A program made the position numbers and the translations under genes. This document shows positions 47,880-54,647 of a stretch of 54,647 nt of DNA, piece after piece. Within the stretch, counting starts at the first letter, position 1. Each line of letters starts with the position of its first letter. The notes below the pieces were generated by a model. That model did no database searches and was not told where the DNA came from. It saw nothing but the letters and a program-made list of their open reading frames with translations. This stretch comes from Prorocentrum cordatum (taxonomy: Eukaryota), in contig CAUYUJ010000222.1 of NCBI GenBank assembly GCA_963575745.1, forward strand, positions 62,001 to 116,647, given 5' to 3'.

Positions 47880-48640
47880 GGGAAGCCCCTTCCCTTCGAT
47901 CCCTCCCCCGCCGGGTGGGGTGGGCTGGGGTGGGGGTCCCGGGGGGGCGGGGGGTCAGATGCGACGCCCCCTCTGGGAGTTCCGGAGCCCCCAAAACACC
48001 CAAGACGGGCCAAGAGTGCCCCAGGAGGCCCCAAAGACAGTCGAAGAGAACCCCGAATCGCCGAACGATCTGTCCAAGACGCCCTGACGGCCCCCAAACG
48101 GCCCAAGAGGCCTGCAAAGCGCCCCAAGAGGACTCCAGGAGCTTTCCCACGAGAGCCCCAAGAAACAACATTCATGGATGTCCCGTACGTGTTTGAAAGA
48201 TTGTTGGCGTTCTTGCCTTTTCCGCTTCCCGACGCGCTAAGACGGCCCAAGAGGCCCCCAAGATCGCCCCGAGACGGCCCAAGAGGCCCCCAAAAGGGCC
48301 CCTTAACGGCCGAAGAGGGCCCCAAGACGGCCCAAGACGCCTCCAAGACGGCCGAAGAGGCCCCCAAGACGGCTGCAGGAGAGCGCCCAGACGGGGGACC
48401 CGAACGGACATTTTGAGCTCTCAGCCCCAAGAGGCCCCCAAGAGGCCCCGAAGAAGCCCCAAGAGGCCCCAAGAGGCCCCAAAAGGCTCCCAAGGAGCCC
48501 CCAAACTGCCCCAAGACAGCCCAGGAGAGCCCCAAATTGCCCAGGAGGCCTCCAAGAGTGCCTCGGGACGGCGCAAGAGGAGCCCTGGACGGCCCAAGAC
48601 GGCCTCAAGAAAGCCCCAGGCTGTCATTAAGAAAGCCTCT
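47880..48640 (-). repeat. Dispersed CCCAAGA-periodic repeat (inverted homolog of 6560-6900)
   Basis: GGCCCAAGA(G/C) motifs at ~10-11 bp spacing; the 48170-48240 block is homologous to the reverse complement of 6570-6640. Confidence 0.75.
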
Positions 48641-49406
48641 GGCCTCCTCCTCCTCCTCCTCCTCCTCCTCCTCCTCCTCCCCCTCTGCTCCCCCTCCTCC
48701 TGCTTTCCTCTGCCTCTTTCTCCTCCTCTTGCTTCTCCTCCACATCCTTCTCCCTCCTCATCCTCCCTCATCCACCTCTTCCACCCTTCCTTCACCTCCC
48801 ACTCATCCTCCTCGCCCTGCCCCCCCGCTCTCGTTTTCATTTTCGTCGTTCACAGGGTCGGCGGCACCGGCCGCAAGGCCTTCGCAGTAGACAAGGGGAC
48901 TTTGCTGTCGCAGCGGCGGCGATCGCTTTTTGTTGACGAGGGCAGGCGCCCAGCGCAGTCGCGGGCGCCCGGGAAAGCGCCAGTCATCCCATCGCCTTCG
49001 GGAGCCGCCCGCGGCCCTGCGCAGCGACACGTGCAAGATCCGCCGCGATGCCCCCAGCCGAGCGCAACTCACCAAGAAGAAAGAGCGCCTACCCGCGCGC
49101 CGGCAGCCGCACCTTCCACGCCGGGCGTACACAACACAGCACGTCCGCAGGCGTCGCGGCATTGGCGCTGCACAAGAGGCAGACGATCTGGCCAGGCCCC
49201 TGCCCGAAGGCGTGCGGCAACCACGAGCGCCCTGCGAAGAAGGCAGCGAGCAGGGTGCCTGGGCGACCGGGGCCGTCTGCACCGCTGCGCGGGCGGCGGC
49301 GGCGGCAGAAGCGCGCGTCCAGCGGGCGCGGCGTCCGACGGCGCAGAGGCCGCGCGCGCCTGGGCCCCGCGGCGCACACCCCGCCATCGCGAGGATGAGG
49401 AGCAGC

Positions 49407-49437
<31 letters not shown>

Positions 49438-50176
49438 GAGAAGGAGGAGGAGGAGGAAGGAGGAGGAGGAGGAGGAGGAGGAGGAGGAGAGGAGGAGGAG
49501 GAGGAGGAGAGGAGTGAGGAGAGGAGGAACGGGAGGAGGAGGAGGAGGAGGAGGAGGAGAGGAGGAGGAGGAGGAGGAGGAGGAGTAGGAGGGTTGCGCG
49601 CTGCGCGGCAGCATCCGCGCTGCGCAGCCCCCAGCGAAGCTCTGGCTCCGGGCGGCGGGCGCGCGCCCACGTCCGCGCGGTCGACCTGCTTGCGCCCAGC
49701 TCCTTCGTGGGGCGTAGGGCAGCAATCTGTCTTCCTCCTCGCTCTCCTCCTCCTTCCTCTCCTTCCCCTCCTCCTCATCCTCATCTCATCCTCTCCTCCT
49801 CCTCGCCTCTTCCATCCTGCTCTCCCCTCTCCTTTCCCCTCCCCCTTTCCCTGTTCCGCCTCCACCCTCTCCTATCCTTTCTATCCCTCCTCCTCACCTC
49901 CTCCTCGCCTCCTCCCTCATCCTCGCTCCTCCCCTCCTCGTCCTCCTCTCCTCCTCGTCTTCTCTCCTTCCCTTTCCTCCTCCTCTCCCCGTCCCCTCCA
50001 CCCACTCCCCCTCCCTTCGCTTTCTCCTCCCGTCCCCACCCCCTGCCCGCCCCCCTGCCGGCTCCATGCCCCCTCCTCTCATCCTTCCTCCTCCTCTTCA
50101 ACTGCTCCTCCTCCTCCTCCTCCTCCTTCTCCTCCTCCTACTCTTCCTCGTCCTCCTCCTCCTCGTTTTCCTCGTT

Positions 50177-50224
<48 letters not shown>

Positions 50225-50442
50225 CTCCTCCTCCTCCTCCTCCTCCTCCTCGTCCTCCTCGTCTGCATCCTGTTCCTTTTACTTTTCCTCCTCCTCCTCC
50301 CTCCTCCACTTCCTCGTCCTCCTCCTCCTCCTCCTTGCCCTTTTCCTTATCCTTCTCCTCCTCCTCCTCGTCCCATTATTTTCCCCGCGGAGGTCCTGTG
50401 GGGCCTGCGGAAATTGCGTCTGCTGGGTAATCGGAGGCTCTG

Positions 50443-50522
50443 TAGGCCGGATATCAGAGACTTGTGCCGTAGGCCGGATATCAGAGACTTGTGCCGCAGG
50501 CCGGATATCAGAGACTTGTGCC
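50443..50522 (+). repeat. 27-bp tandem repeat, 3 near-identical units
   Basis: G(T/C)AGGCCGGATATCAGAGACTTGTGCC x3. Confidence 0.95.
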
Positions 50523-50719
50523 TGGGGAGCCGTTTTTTTGCGACGGTAGGATCGCCTGCCGATTCTTCGCCCACACTTCCCGCTCAATCCTCACATTGCT
50601 GCTGCTATGTTCGCGCTCCATATGTAACACATTCCTCCTATGTTGCTCCCCCTTGTCGTCCTCGTCCGTCTCCTCCTTCTCCTCCTCTTTCTCCTCCTCC
50701 ACCCTCCTCCTTCTCCTCC

Positions 50720-50750
50720 GCATCATGAGCAGCATGATCATCATCATGAA

Positions 50751-50812
<62 letters not shown>

Positions 50813-50819
50813 GCATCAG

Positions 50820-50860
<41 letters not shown>

Positions 50861-50863
50861 GCG

Positions 50864-50908
<45 letters not shown>

Positions 50909-51142
50909 CCATAATCACCATCATAATCAGCATTATCATCATCGTCATCAGCATCATGATCATCATTAGCATCATCATCGTCATCATCATGATCATGATC
51001 ATCATCATCAGCATCATCCTCATCGTCATCAGCATCATGATCATCATCATCGCCATCATCATGATCATCGACATCAGCATCAGCATCATCATCATCAGTA
51101 TCATCAACATCATCAATATCAGCATCACCATCGTCATCATCA
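50720..51142 (+). repeat. (CAT)n microsatellite
   Basis: Directly visible. Confidence 0.95.
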
Positions 51143-51399
51143 AATTCCTCCTTCCTTTCATTCTGCTGCCCTCCGAATCCCGCTCGACATCCATTTCCGC
51201 CCCCCCCCCACACCGACCCACCCCCTTCGTCGAATTTGTCACGTTCCTACTCCCATGTCACAATTCAACTACGAGTCGTGATCACATCTCATCATACTTT
51301 TCTCTCCTCCTCCTCCTCGTGCCCCTCATCTTCTTCCCCACCGTTCCGTCTTGCGCCATTCCTCCTCCCCTTCCTCCTACACAGCCTACGACCACATTT

Positions 51400-54647
<3,248 letters not shown>

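Overview
GC-rich eukaryotic genomic DNA, very probably dinoflagellate (inferred from a near-perfect 22-nt dinoflagellate spliced-leader (SL) copy at 26868-26889 and the repeat style). I found no intact cellular gene. The window is a nested transposon and microsatellite mosaic. It holds three remnants of an APE-endonuclease/RT/RNase H LINE group: a 3' part at 4468-6149 (+), a nearly full copy at 16831-~22345 (-), and an SL-capped 5' part at 26868-~28100 (+). All three abut (TCC)n tracts, and the two 3' ends share the motif AATGTTCYCA just before (TCC)n. It also holds a Ty1/copia RT-RNase H remnant split by three nested MITEs, two copies of an intronless pseudogene (signal peptide, ricin-B lectin, C-terminal TM helix), many 150-195 bp MITEs with readable TIRs and TSDs (one copy with GT-AG, introner-like borders), satellite-carrying composite elements, 10-12 bp periodic repeats, and long strand-biased (CCT)n/(CAT)n/(CTA)n tracts. 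Most ORFs in the supplied track are artefacts of high GC and simple repeats. The most interesting candidate system is a (TCC)n-associated LINE whose RNA appears to be SL trans-spliced.
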